Part shown: positions 36,453 through 48,920 of the stretch, piece by piece | Layout: each line of letters starts with the position of its first letter | Numbering within the stretch: position 1 is the first letter of the stretch | DNA from: Bigelowiella natans CCMP2755 | Taxonomy: Eukaryota > Protista > Cercozoa | Length of the DNA: 64,000 nucleotides | Assembly: GCA_000320545.1 (NCBI GenBank) | Contig: ADNK01000826.1 | Span: 1-64,000 of the forward strand | Direction: 5' to 3' | The notes under the pieces: model-generated | Told to the model about the DNA's origin: nothing | Seen by the model: only the letters and a program-made list of their open reading frames with translations | The model's database searches: none | Made by a program: the position numbers and the translations under genes

Positions 36453-38053
36453 AAAGTGGTAGTAGTAGTACTGTGCCTCACCCCAATCAAAATTCAAAAA
36501 TAATGTAGCGTGTGCTACAATTTGTTATACAAACGGATTTTCTTTTAGTCGTGGCAATTGTGGTGGAGGTGGTGATGTTGGTGGTGGTGGTGGTGGTGGT
36601 AGATGGTGATATGTAGAAATGTTACCACCTTCGTTTCTTCGCTCCCTCCTCCTCTCCCCCCTCCTCGTCAAATACCTCATTCGGTCTCTCCCTTCGTGCT
36701 GGTCCAGGTTGAGTGAGATGAAAACGCACTGGGTTAGCTTGGCGTCACAAGAGCTTTTAGCACTTATTGCTGACTTTTACGTATCACCCTCCTCGTCCTC
36801 TTCATCACCATCATCATCATCATCGTCGCCCTCTTCTTCTTCATCGTCGTCATTTCCATCACCGGAGATGGCGGCCCGCATTCTCTCCTCCCCTAACATT
36901 GCGGATCTGGAGTTGCGAGGGATGAACGAAACCTCCAAGGGCAGGAAGATGGTTAGTCAATCAAACAATTTGTGGAGTGAAAATCATCGGTGACGTCATC
37001 CGCGACACGCAGTCATCAACAGTTTCGGAGTAAATCCATCCATCTTTGCTGAAGTGTAGCGAGATACAACTACGTGCTGTTTATTCGTATCAGTGTGTAG
37101 CTGGTACTATGTATTTACTCATCACTATCACTATCCTTAATCATGTTATTTTAAGTCTCCCTCTATTTTCCTCCTCCTCCCTTTCCCCCCATCTTCTAGG
37201 AGTACCAAGCGATTGAAAAAGTGATCCAGGCTTTCCTAAACAACGGCAATATCAGAAAGGTAATAAATATCTCTGCGTTGCACCAGAACGTTGATAACGC
37301 TACTACTATTTATGACTTTCCTGCGACATTTTACCACTGGTGGTTTTGCAAGAAGCAGCAAACTATGGAGACAACTTAATGTTGTCTGCTCGTTCGTTAT
37401 TGTGTAAAAAATAGCCTGCCCTTCCTTCAACGAAGAAGCAGCAAGTTGCATCACCTAGTGTGAATCAGTCTGAGGATGTTACCTTAATGATTTTTTGTAT
37501 TTGTACAAGATTCGGTTGTATGCTGACTTCTCATTTTCCATGATCTTGCATAGGCGGAACATTGGCTTCATGAGATGGCTCGGCGGGGATTGGTGACGAT
37601 GATTTCATGCACATATTCTAATGATGGGGGAGCTGGGGGAGGGGGGGGATATGAAGCGTAATTTCTAATGTGCATCTGCTATCGACAGAACGCCGACGCC
37701 AAAATCTATGCAATGTTTCTCAACGGGTAGTTGCACTACTGATGCCTCATCTTCATGAGCCAAACCAAGATAGGATGTTTTCATGATGCTGAGAGATCTA
37801 TAATTTACACACATCAGCATGTTTGGGGGCGACATTTTCGGCCTAGACAAAGCGTTGAAAGCCTCTGGTGAATGTGCAAGATCGGTACTATTCTCCCATT
37901 TCACGCTACAGATTGACGTATCAACAACATAGTATGCGTTAATTTACATGCCAATGTTTGTGTGCGAAGGCCGATTGGTGGGTTGACAGAATGCGGCGGG
38001 ACAATGTTGCGTTTGCTGACGTGGTCAGTGAGATGAAGAAGAAACGCAAGTGA
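32108..38053 (+). CDS. Pentatricopeptide-repeat protein, putatively mitochondrial; multi-exon
   Basis: PPR repeats (ACNAILHAYL, PDLTSYNLLL, YRNLVGAFIK, YSAIVFQAAK); R-rich N-terminus ending FRTFST; downstream exons to ...EMKKKRK* (TGA at 38051-38053). Confidence 0.85.
33733..36470. repeat. Cluster of intronic microsatellites: (AG)n, several (TAG)n, (CT)n(CA)n, (GGA)n
   Basis: Visible at about 33733, 33924, 34347, 35374, 35578 and 36417. Confidence 0.9.
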
Positions 38054-38763
38054 AGTACTGATGCTCAGCTGAAACCATGAATGGTTCGAGAAAGCGGCCA
38101 CATGAAGCATGGTTGACATCTTCTCGTGCTTCGTCGCAGATAGAAGCTGTAGCAGAATTCTGATTCGGGTTGGAACGTAAATGTCGTTGAAAAATGAATG
38201 CTTGCATTTCAATTGATGAACACGCTCGCATCAAAGTGCTGAAGTTGGTGTTCCCAAGAACACCACCACGCGAATATATAGACGGATGTGTGACACATGA
38301 AGTATGACATGCATCGTCTAGATCATATCGTTGACATCGCACACAGAAACTAGGAAAGCCTGTCAGCTCTTCTCCATGCTAGCATGCGACACGCAGAACG
38401 CAACAACTCGTGCGCTTCAATCGTGCATAATCATGCACTACATAGCACCGATGATGCTGCTGCTAGCTAGCTAGGTCACCTACTAGCAGCTTCTGGCAAA
38501 GTGGCAAAACATGCAGCGACAGTGCTTGATCGGTGCATGACATGCGTGTTTGTGCGCATCTGCGCGCCTGTGAAGTGTCGTTGGCCAACAGCGCGCGTGC
38601 GCAAATGAGCAATGCAATTTTCATTGCCGCAGTCCACGCTTCAGCTAGTACGTCAGCTGCAGTGGCTTGTCTTGCCATGCCAGCATGCATGCCAGCAAGC
38701 TGTGCAAAACTCTAGAAATTGCACAATGACTGTGTTGCAGCGAAGTCCAGAAGTGCCGGGAAT

Positions 38764-39131
38764 CAGTCTCGAACGTGCTCATCATCCACCTCTTCACATC
38801 AACACGTGAGTCCAGGAGCAGTGTCGTTCACTTCAATGGTGACTTCATCACCCTCGAAGGTCACCAACGCATCGATGGCAAGAACATCCAAGCCCCGAAC
38901 AAACACCTGCGCACACCCCAAACGAAAAGCCCACAACCTCTAGACCTGCTAGCCTGTCTAGCTGTGTCGCGGCTGCAATTTGAAGTCTTCGAATGTCAAA
39001 TTGTCCCAATTTCCTTTTGAGAGACTTGAGTCTCTTGAAAGATGTTGCACCAGTTGGTGGAGTGATCAATCACAAGGAGCACTAGCTCGGAAGCTTCGGG
39101 AAGGGCCGGGAGGTTCTCCACATGCAGTTCT
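38764..39131 (-). pseudogene. Decayed synapsin-like (ATP-grasp) gene relic inside a TpA-depleted tract
   Basis: Minus-strand frames give VLLVIDHSTNWCNIFQ (39082-39035; cf. synapsin VLLVIDEPHTDWAKYF) and VFVRGLDVLAIDALVTFEGDEVTIEVNDTAPGL (from 38906; cf. [25 protein letters not shown]). In-frame stops are present and the middle of the domain is missing. Confidence 0.7.
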
Positions 39132-39544
39132 GACGTTGAGCACTTTTCCAAAGTAAAACTCTAATCAGAATTTTCTCTCTACGACAAGGAAGTAATCAAA
39201 AGTAACCTACAAATGGCCCCGAATGAAGTATATTCCATTCTGAATTGACGACATGAATCAGTAGCATACGTCCGCAACCGGCTAATGCTGCGTTTCTCAA
39301 ACTCGTCGATAATTCTGAGTCAAAATGGCCTGTATTCGTTGTATTAAATATGAAAAACGGTGAATTACGGGTTATACCGGATAATGGATATTTGGCACCA
39401 TCTGCGATCCATTTTAGTAATCTAGGATCGCCCGCTCCCCCCTTAAAGATCGAAGGTTTTCTGACAATCAATCGAAGTTTATCGACCACTTGAAAATCCA
39501 TAGAAAGAGGAGATCCAGATCCCGAAAAAGTCTGGTTCATCACA

Positions 39545-41011
39545 ATGACCATTGACTGTGATGAGGATGGCTTGGCAAGCAAGCTGCCTCCCCGATACAG
39601 CAATGTAGATGTTGGTTTGACCATAGCGCTTTACATGTTCGCGAACGCTGGAGTCTCAATATCACAAAAACTCGCAGTATCAACGATACCATTGCCATTT
39701 TTCCTCGTGGCACTACAAGTATTAGCTACGCTCATTCTCTTGATTCCGTTCGCGACGACCATCAAAATGGGGTGAGAATACAAAGCTGCTAAATTCAATT
39801 TTTTAAGTTTAAAGGCCTCTGAGCTTTAGCCATCTATTGTGGGTAAAACTGATTATATGTTCTTAAGGTCGCTGGAAGATGCAAGGAAATTCCTTCCTAT
39901 TTCGTGTGGCTTCTTCTTCATGCTCGTCGGATCGATGATAGCATACCAGTAAGAAGACGACATTTTAGATCATTGAGTTCATAATTTATTTGGATTTTTC
40001 AATGTAACCAGATATTGTACCTTGGGAACCATTGTTGTCGTTGGGAGCATTTCTCCTTTAATTACCCTGGCCATTGAAAAGCTGTATTTTGTGGAGAATA
40101 GAATACGCCTGTCATGGCACACTTTTGCGTCGTTAACCGTCACGGTAACAGCATCTCAATTTCATCGTACGCCAGGATTTTTAAGAAGTTTACTATAGGT
40201 GAGTGGAGTGATCTTGTATGGAGCATACAAGTCGGAGCTTGAGGCGCAGTTGATTGGAATGTTTGCTCTTGTTCTAAAGATAATTGTGGCAATTCTCTAT
40301 CAAACCCGGCAAAGGTACCTAATAAGCCTCGATGTTTCTACAAGCAGGAATAAATCTTTTCCTAACATCAGATATCTGATGGTTGAAGATCCTGTTGACA
40401 TTTCAGACACAGGAATGATGGTAAGTATAACTGTAACGCAACATCAAATTGACGCCAAGTGCTGACGTAGCATGAACAGGTGTACAACAATGTGGTAACC
40501 TTCATCGGCACTCTTTTCTGTATCGTACCTTTTGGCGAACATACCGTATTGATGGATCTCAATCCTAGCGCATTCGGAATATTTGCTGTGACTGCATCGT
40601 GTATATTCTCCGGTATTTGCATAATTTATGAGGAATGCGTTTGACATGTTTGAGAATCCTTTTGTTGTCTCAGGGCTGATTGGATACGTCGCATTCCGTA
40701 CGCAAAGACGTGTGTCTGCAACATCGTTTCTAATTGTTACAAACGTGTGCAAGGTTGCTGTGGTGCTGTTTGGTTGGCTAATCCTGAAAGAAAGTTATAA
40801 CTGGCAATCTGGGACGGGTTGTGTTCTCGTTATGATCGGAGCAGCGTGGTATGGATGGGATAGACGTACGATATCCGCGAGGGATAATGGGGTATCCACT
40901 GTTCGTGCCCAACGGGCCAATCCAGAGGATTTTGGCCTGCTTGAAGAAGCAGAGTGGATCCGAGAGAAACATTGTCGTCTTGAAATGGATGATTCAGAAA
41001 GAGATTTTTAA
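39545..41011 (+). CDS. Nucleotide-sugar transporter (GDP-mannose transporter/GONST-like, TPT family); multi-exon
   Basis: Multi-TM exons: YMFANAGVSISQKLAV..P.PFFLVALQ; GMM|VYNN; SGLIGYVAFRTQRRVSATSFLIVTNVCKVAVV. Confidence 0.85.
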
Positions 41012-41881
41012 TGAACTTGTTTGAATAAATGTAACATCCTCTGATTGTATAAAATCTACCTCTACTATGGCTACCAATCCTGATTTTAGCTAGCTATCGC
41101 AGTACACATCAATTACCTACCACAGCACCACGAAGATTGCTGTACCATGCCTCGCTCAATAATCGTCAATCTGCGAGCAGCGTACATGCATAGCCACAAA
41201 ATCGTCGCCGCTGCTTCTACCTGCACGATCTATCTCGCTGCTAACTAGACGTACCTACCCCTCTCTGTCTACATCTACTCTTACCTAGATACACCATCGA
41301 TCAGACCATGCATGTGCATGCAGCACACATGGTGCGTATATGAGATGAGATGAGATGAGGACGGATGCAATGAAACGAGGCCATATTTTCAATTCTTGCA
41401 TGGCATCGCATCCTAGCTTAAGCTATATATGCACTTAGCCTTTATATATACCTTATACAATGTAACGCTGTAAAATTCCTATAGGAATTGAAAAAGGACA
41501 TGGTATAAGGGAAAAACTAAACAATGGTTATGCGCTGATCGATATGCTGCTGCTGCTGTGCCACAAGTCGCAATGATGCATCGTGCAGCTTTGGTATCTA
41601 GTCGCCACGACGTTGTACATGGCAAGCTACATAATATATACGCTTCTGCGTTGGAGTGCCGACAATAATGCATGCGCATGTTGCTAGATACATGCATAAT
41701 GAAAATAATGAGTCCATAGCCATTTGAAATAAATCCGTATGTCTGTCGCTTAGCTTGCTAGTTAAATCTACATCGTGCCCAGCATGCATGCTACAGTGCA
41801 CCAAGAATTTTTTCGTATTCGCGGGTGTTTTCTGCCTATTCCATCTGCTTCTTTATCAGGATGACCAAGAATGATTCAATG

Positions 41882-43437
41882 CTATGATTTGTCCTTACTA
41901 CGCGCTCTTTGGAGGGTTGAACGATTTCACAGTCTATATTTCAGGATGTAGAAATTACAATCATACAAAGAGCAACACCTCAATTTGCGGACATTAAAAA
42001 TTAGAAATATTTGGCATGAACATGCTACAATTTATGACCTTGACGATGTCGGGGTAAAACTTGTCAACGTCTCTTTGATCACAAACTCCAGTCACAGAGT
42101 AAAGACGATTATAACTGTTCAAAAATACCATTATAGCGTGGTGTTTATCGTTCAACATTATTCATTTTCCGCAGTCAATGTAAATGTACAACCTGCCAGG
42201 GTTTCTAATGGCGTTTGCTACGAAAAATCGCAACTTTGTCGCGTAATCCCCAATCTGAGTCAGAAAGTGTATGTTAGAGTGATCCTCACTCTATCATGAC
42301 GATAAAACATTATTATAAATTTGTTACTTCATCACTGTAGTCCTCGAAAGTTTCATACTCTGCGTAATAAATATCCCCCACCTGAAACATAACGTTCATG
42401 TTGGGCTTATTATTTGGGAAAGAAACACGAATTCCCACATTATATGCATCTAGGAGCCTTGCTGTTGGAACATTTTTATCTTTGTAGCGGCCGAATTTCC
42501 GATCCACAAGATTCACCAGCTTAATACCAAAGGAATCTGGGGACCCGAAGCTGCCCATATCTACACACACAACATCGAATAATTCCTTCGTATGCAAATA
42601 GAATCATAGTTCCTAGTGCAACTGATACTATGGACTTACTTTTAAAATCGATGGCAACGGCGGATACAACAACGTTTACATTGGTCTACCAACGAAAACA
42701 ACAACAGCGGCGTCAATGAAGCAGATTGGAAGAGATGCTTTGCTAATTCAATGAATGTAGACAAGAACGAAGACGACGACCTTTTCCCTTGCGCCTTCCG
42801 GAACGAAGCCTGTGACTTTGCGTATGTAGGATTGAGACGAACCGAGACCATTGTTCAGCTCAGATTTTCCAAACTTCCAGTTCTGAGGACATATTTTGCA
42901 CATTTTTAATCCGTTGAGGCACAACCTGCCAAACGATGTGGACATTTGTATTCATACGTTCGGTACGCTAAGTTGGAACTTTTCATCCTCGTCATTGTAC
43001 ACAGTAACTGAAAATACCAAAGAGATTATTAATTTGAAGTAACACGGTTCTCTGATGAATACTTCCGTCTTCTGCCACCGCTCTGCCACGGTTGCTCAGA
43101 GCCAGGGAAGCTCCTATCCCTAATCCAGTGAGCGCATTTCTTCTGCCAACCTGTATACGTAGCTTGTTCAAGGATCTCATCAAAATATAAGTCAAGCCCT
43201 CACCCTCTGTTGAGCATATGTTGTCCGAGCAACACGGGCGCAACTCCGAACAGATTCGCTTCGCGCTGGAAGTGTGGGCATCATGTAACCACAGATGATG
43301 ATTACTCCCACTATCGCAAGGATCAACCTCGCTGATTAGTATAAATATAGCAGGGAATCAAAAACAGTGAAAATAATACGTCATGGGGCCATCACTCTCC
43401 ACTTACCCCATGAGCAGGCGCGAGGGGAGGGAGGCAT
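41882..43437 (-). CDS. PsbP-domain protein, PPD3-like, thylakoid lumen; tripartite targeting
   Basis: Signal (RLILAIVGVIIICG), transit peptide, Tat signal RRNALTGLGIGASLALSNRGRAVA; mature part YNDEDEKFQLSVPN|NWKFG, TNVNVVV..IDF..MGSFGSPDSF, ARLLDA, IYYAEYE, TVKSF. Confidence 0.8.
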
Positions 43438-44477
43438 CGAGAGTTATTTAGGTTTCAAAGATTTCCGATGCCTGGGTTTTCTAATATGCGACAATACATT
43501 ATTGCCTTTTGAAGGCCTAAATCGATGGCTAAGGCCCAAATTGCCCTGTTTTGCTCTTGGGAACATGCATTTTTGGTGCTCTTCTTGTGGGCGGGGCGAT
43601 ATTATCCGGTATTCGCATTGCAATCCCTGGGGCTTTTTCCCCGATACATCTTGATGGTACCGGAGAGATTTATTATTTCACAGGGTGCACACGCATAACA
43701 GATCGTGGATCACGTCGACTGCGTATCGGAAAAATAAAATCCAGACAAACCGTGATTAATGTATAAATAGACGGCAGAAATATTTGGTGAATCAATAACT
43801 TTTCCGTTGTCGGTCAAGGATATCTCATTATATTTGTTCAAAGTGTTATCTCCGATACTGAAATTATACTCTGAATTAACTCCTTTTAAGGCGATAGAGA
43901 ACTATCAGGAATGCAGGAGGATAACATGAAGAAATGCTTCAAAACAAGACAAGCTTTTTCAAAATCACCTGGAAACAACGCCCTATTTCAGGATCATTAG
44001 AAATGCTCGAATTAATGATATTTATATTTTTATGATGGAATTTAATAGATACGACATCAATATTATGGAAAATATCGTAAAAAACGAATGTCCGTTATGT
44101 GACGCGGCACGGTAGTTGGTCTTGATATTGGGAGCAACGAGTCCAAATACCAGGATTCTTGGTGAGCGCGTCTCTTGCATGTGCATGATTGTGTGTTGTC
44201 CTTCCCTCTCTTTCTCCCTATCTCTCTTCGTATGTGTGCGTATACGCGCATGAGCCGCCGAGATCCGTACATATACGTATCTCCATTCTTTATTTATCTA
44301 TGTTGCGCCCAATTTTTCTGGAGAATAATAAGATGCAGAAAATCGAGAATGATCTGGCGCGCATACTGTTTTGTGTGTTATGCTGCTACTGTGAGGCGTC
44401 CCACTGACCTACTTTTATTCGTAGAGTTGATTTTTCATGAATTGCTTACATTCAACTCCTAATTCAGCGAAAGAAAA

Positions 44478-45731
44478 ATGCTGGCGACTATTTTCTACGC
44501 AGTGGCAGTTCCTGCTGCACTCTATGCATTCTCAGTCGTGTACCCCTACCTGCCTGTGTTCTCCTACAAGCACGTCTCCGATCTTGATAACACAATCAAC
44601 AAGTTTGAGGACCAATTTGTTGACAAGAAGGGAGCGAAGAATGCTGCGTCGGACAAGCGACGTGCAGAATACACGAAGACGACCGAGACCTTCTACAATC
44701 TGATCACTGACTTCTATGAGTACGGATGGGGACAATCTTTCCACTTTGCTCCTCGATACGAGGGGGAGGACTTCCATGCTTCCATCAAGCGATACGAGCA
44801 CTACGTTGCTTCTCAGCTTGGTATCCCTACTCCTTGGAACGCACTTCCTACTGAAGAGAAGAAGATGCCCAGAGTACTGGACGTTGGATGCGGAATCGGC
44901 GGACCTATGCGATCTGTTGCTAAATTCTTCAAGTACCGTGTGCGCGTTACTGGTGTTAATATTACAGCTGAGCATATCGAACGTGCCAAGAGATACAATG
45001 CCCGTGAGGGAATTAAGAACTGCGACTTCATCCAGGTTTGGCTCAACTTTAAGTGTGTTCGATAATGCTGTGAGAAGAAGGTTTTATTGATGATCGCATG
45101 TTTTTTAAGTCTCTACTTTTACATTTTGATTGATTTTTACTTCTTGGACGTCACAATTTAGGGAGACTTCAACAAGATTCCTGTCGCCGACGGCACCTTT
45201 GACGCAATTTACGACTTCGAGGCTACCTTGCACTCTACCGACACGCTGACGACATTCAAGGAACTGTACCGTGTTCTTAAACCAGGCGGACGCATCGTGT
45301 CAGCTCAGTACACTCTCTTGGATGCTTACGATGAAAAGAACGAAAATCACGTCGATATCATTCGTCGTGTTGACAACACCAACGGATGCTACTGTGCGGG
45401 CCGTAAGACCGCTGTCACAACCAAGGCTCTCAAGGACGCTGGCTTCAAGATTCTTTCATACGAGGATGTTTTCTCAAAGGAAGCAGGCAGCGACATTAAA
45501 TTCAGCGAAGTCTTCGAAGGCATGCGTGGCGGTCGTTTCACAGGAACTCAGTTTGGCTGCTGGTGCACCTACATCTTCTGCTACCTTGGAGAGAGCCTTC
45601 GAATCCTTCCTAAGGGCACAGCTGAAGTACAGTCCATGCTCATGGGGGCAGCTGAATCATTCAAGCAGGCTGGTCGCGAGAAGATTCTTACCCCTGGTAT
45701 GCTCTACGTGCTGGAAAAGCCTCTGAAGTAA
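44478..45731 (+). CDS. SMT: Sterol 24-C-methyltransferase family protein; 2 exons (44478-45035, 45162-45731)
   Basis: FYNLITDFYEYGWGQSFHFA, LDVGCGIGGPMR, GDFNKIP, YRVLKPGG; N-terminal hydrophobic anchor. Confidence 0.9.
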
Positions 45732-46566
45732 GCACAGATGCGAACATGTGTATGCGTGCTGCTTTTGGATGCTATTTTGCCGATTGCCGGACCGATTTGT
45801 GGCGTGCTACGGCTTAATCAAGATGACAGCTTGTAAATTCTGAATGATGAGGACTAACTAACATAGTGCATCCAAATTTTAAATCCACCAATTTTGTCAC
45901 AACATGAAAGCACGATGACATCATTGTGCTTCTTTGTAGATTGAAGTGTGCAATGAACGATGTTAGCGAGTCTTTGACAGCAGGCGAGCTGCGTAAGCCA
46001 AGCGCAATGTGTTGGCGATATCGTAAACTAGTGTAAGGCATCATGCACGCGCTAGAGTTGAAAATGAGCGCCTGTGCAGCGCTTCGATCATAGCTGTGCG
46101 GCCTAGCTAGCTAGCTTTCTCCCGGGGATGCACACATGGACGAGCCGAGGTACACACACATTGGCGTGTACACAGCTACATTGCGGATGACCATTGAGCA
46201 AATACAATCTTTTCATTACACATCCGTCTCACATAGGTCATAGTAGTAGGCACAGACTATGCATTCCGCTGCTTTTTGATGATGGACACAGGAATCTTGA
46301 ACCGACGACTGCAACGCAATGTGCACGCGAGTGCGCTTGCCTTGCTTGTATATACTTGCTCGCTCGTATGATAATAGTATGTGGTGGCACCTTTTGCAAT
46401 GCTTCACATAATTCACTGCAGGCAGGGCCTAGCTATCTAATGCTGCTGAATTATAATGATTCATGTGTTCTTGTATTTATTTTACGATCACATCGTAGCG
46501 AATTTCAGTTCATTTTACTTGGCACCTTTCACTAGACAGGCTGTGACAACCAATGCATTGATTCTA

Positions 46567-47993
46567 TTACAATCGGAATCGCCCCCCATCCCATGCACCG
46601 CCTTTTTGCACAGCTCTGCGTAACGCCTTCGGAACGTCATCGCCAAGATCCTCCTCGCCGTTATTATTTGCATTCATATCTCCACCACTTTCCGGCGTGA
46701 AATCTTCTAAGTCTTTGCCTCCACCAGCAGCAGCGACAACGATTGAATACGCACCTACAATACCAAAGCAGCAGCACTTATCACAAATGAAGAATGCCTG
46801 GTAGTAATGAAATCTGAAACTTCCTTATGTATAGGCAGTCTTTTCAACTATGCGTTGATTACTCTTTGTGAGTTGAGAAGTGATCTCACCTTCATCGAGG
46901 CTCCCGTCTGCTGCCACATCGAGGGCGTCTATCAAGGAGAAATCGGCATCCCGCTCACCAGTATAGAACATATCGTCTCCCCCTCCTTTATAGATTCATG
47001 ACCAATAGTCACCAGCGTGCAAAAGAAGAAAAACAATAATGGGCGATTAACTAACACTGGCTGCTCATGACTCTCGGAGAGCGCTCTGCAATGTTATCGA
47101 AAGGCGGAGGAGCTGGAGGCCAAAGTTGTTACCTTTATCCTCTTCATTGGGCGCTGCGCCGCTTGATTCCCCCCCCCCTTCATTTCCGTACTCCTCCTCT
47201 GTATCTCCATAGTAGTCCAGATATACCTTTGTGTGTGTATTGGATATTTATACATGTAGTTAATCATACACCACTTCGGGTGGTTGATCAAAAACACGCT
47301 GAGGTCTTCCTCATCTCTTTGTGTTGTCCTATTTCTTCCTCTTCTTCTTCTTCTTCTTCTTTTTCTCCTCCTCCTTCTTCTTCTTTCCTTCTTCTTATTC
47401 ATGCGAACAACAACCTGGTCGTCTGCAAGGGCGTCAAATGTGTTAGCATCGGGAGCTACAGAAGCCTCCGTCATCCTAGCAAACAAGTCCAAAGCCTTTT
47501 CCTGCGACAATACATGAGGATAGAATCAAGGAACATGCTTATACTTCCTCAAAGAACAAGGAAACCAATAAGGACATCATCTTGCACATCTCCCCCGCCA
47601 CCTCCCCCTTTTCCTCAGCAGTGTTCTCTTGATTCCCCACCCCTTCCTCAAAGCAATGATGTGCGTGTTCAAAGGGGTATGGGTTCCATAAAATTGCGAA
47701 TAGGAATCACAATAAAGACGACTTATGGTGACTATAATAATATAGACGACAACGACGACGACGATGATGATGATGATGATGATCAACAGATATAGTTGGC
47801 GGACCTGCTCCCCAGCAGCTTGCATCGCACGCAAGACTCGGTTGTACGTGAAAGCGTCAGGCTGCAAAACAAAGGTAAGGAGGACGGGAGAAGGCGGCAG
47901 GAGACAGGAATAAAATCCACCACTCTCATCGTTCGTATCATAATCATAATATGGGCCTAGATCAAGATCCTATGATCTCTATCTCTCTCTCTC

Positions 47994-48030
<37 letters not shown>

Positions 48031-48166
48031 ATTTGTATTACTAATGCTACTGCTACTACTACCCGTAATCCTTCGCCTGGCATTGATTCCAGACAGTACA
48101 GCGCCTTCTCCCACTCCCCCGCATTGCTAGTTAAAATAAACTCAACTCATGGAAGAATCATCACCG

Positions 48167-48200
<34 letters not shown>

Positions 48201-48881
48201 AACTATCACCAAGCTTGACATTTACTCTGCAAGTAAGTTCAGAGGGCGGTAAAGAGGATAGGAGCTATCACTATTCTTGTCATTATTATTATTCTTACGC
48301 GTAGGCTCCAATCAGTGTGGTATACGAAACGAGTGTGTGCTTGATCTCTTCATTCTGCAAGGATATGATGAATGTAGGACTTTAGTTAGGACTTCAGCCC
48401 GATGTTGCTATCTTTTTAGAACCAACAAGATATCGCTCGAATATCTAGAAGAAATTGGGGAGCGGGGCCAATTCATACCGTCATTTCAATGGCTACTTTC
48501 TCAGCCTTCCTCCACAACATGGCCGCCGCGTATGCGGACATCAACGCGGTGTAAGATATGACCTACAACATTGTGGGGGGAAGGGGGGGGGGGGGGATTA
48601 CACGCATTCGTTAACAAATGATGAAAAGAGCTAAGAAAATGAAAGAATTCAGTCTTAAATATCGATTCTGCTCACATTGGGCTTGTGATCCGTGGCTTTC
48701 ATATGCCTGATTTAGAAGAGGGAGGAGGATACACAACACCAACAACAATAATAACTATGACGACAATCCTGATATGATGGTAGTAATGTCGAGAGCAATC
48801 TGTGGAAATCACCTAAATATCTGTAGAGCTTTGCGCCAGTCGGCTTTTTTCGCATATCCGGACATTAAGGTCGAGAAACTG

Positions 48882-48920
<39 letters not shown>

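Noticed and set aside
38490-39150. CpG-methylation decay or fungal RIP as the cause of the TG/CA-rich tracts
   Set aside because: CpG remains abundant and TpA is the missing dinucleotide; RIP would increase TpA.
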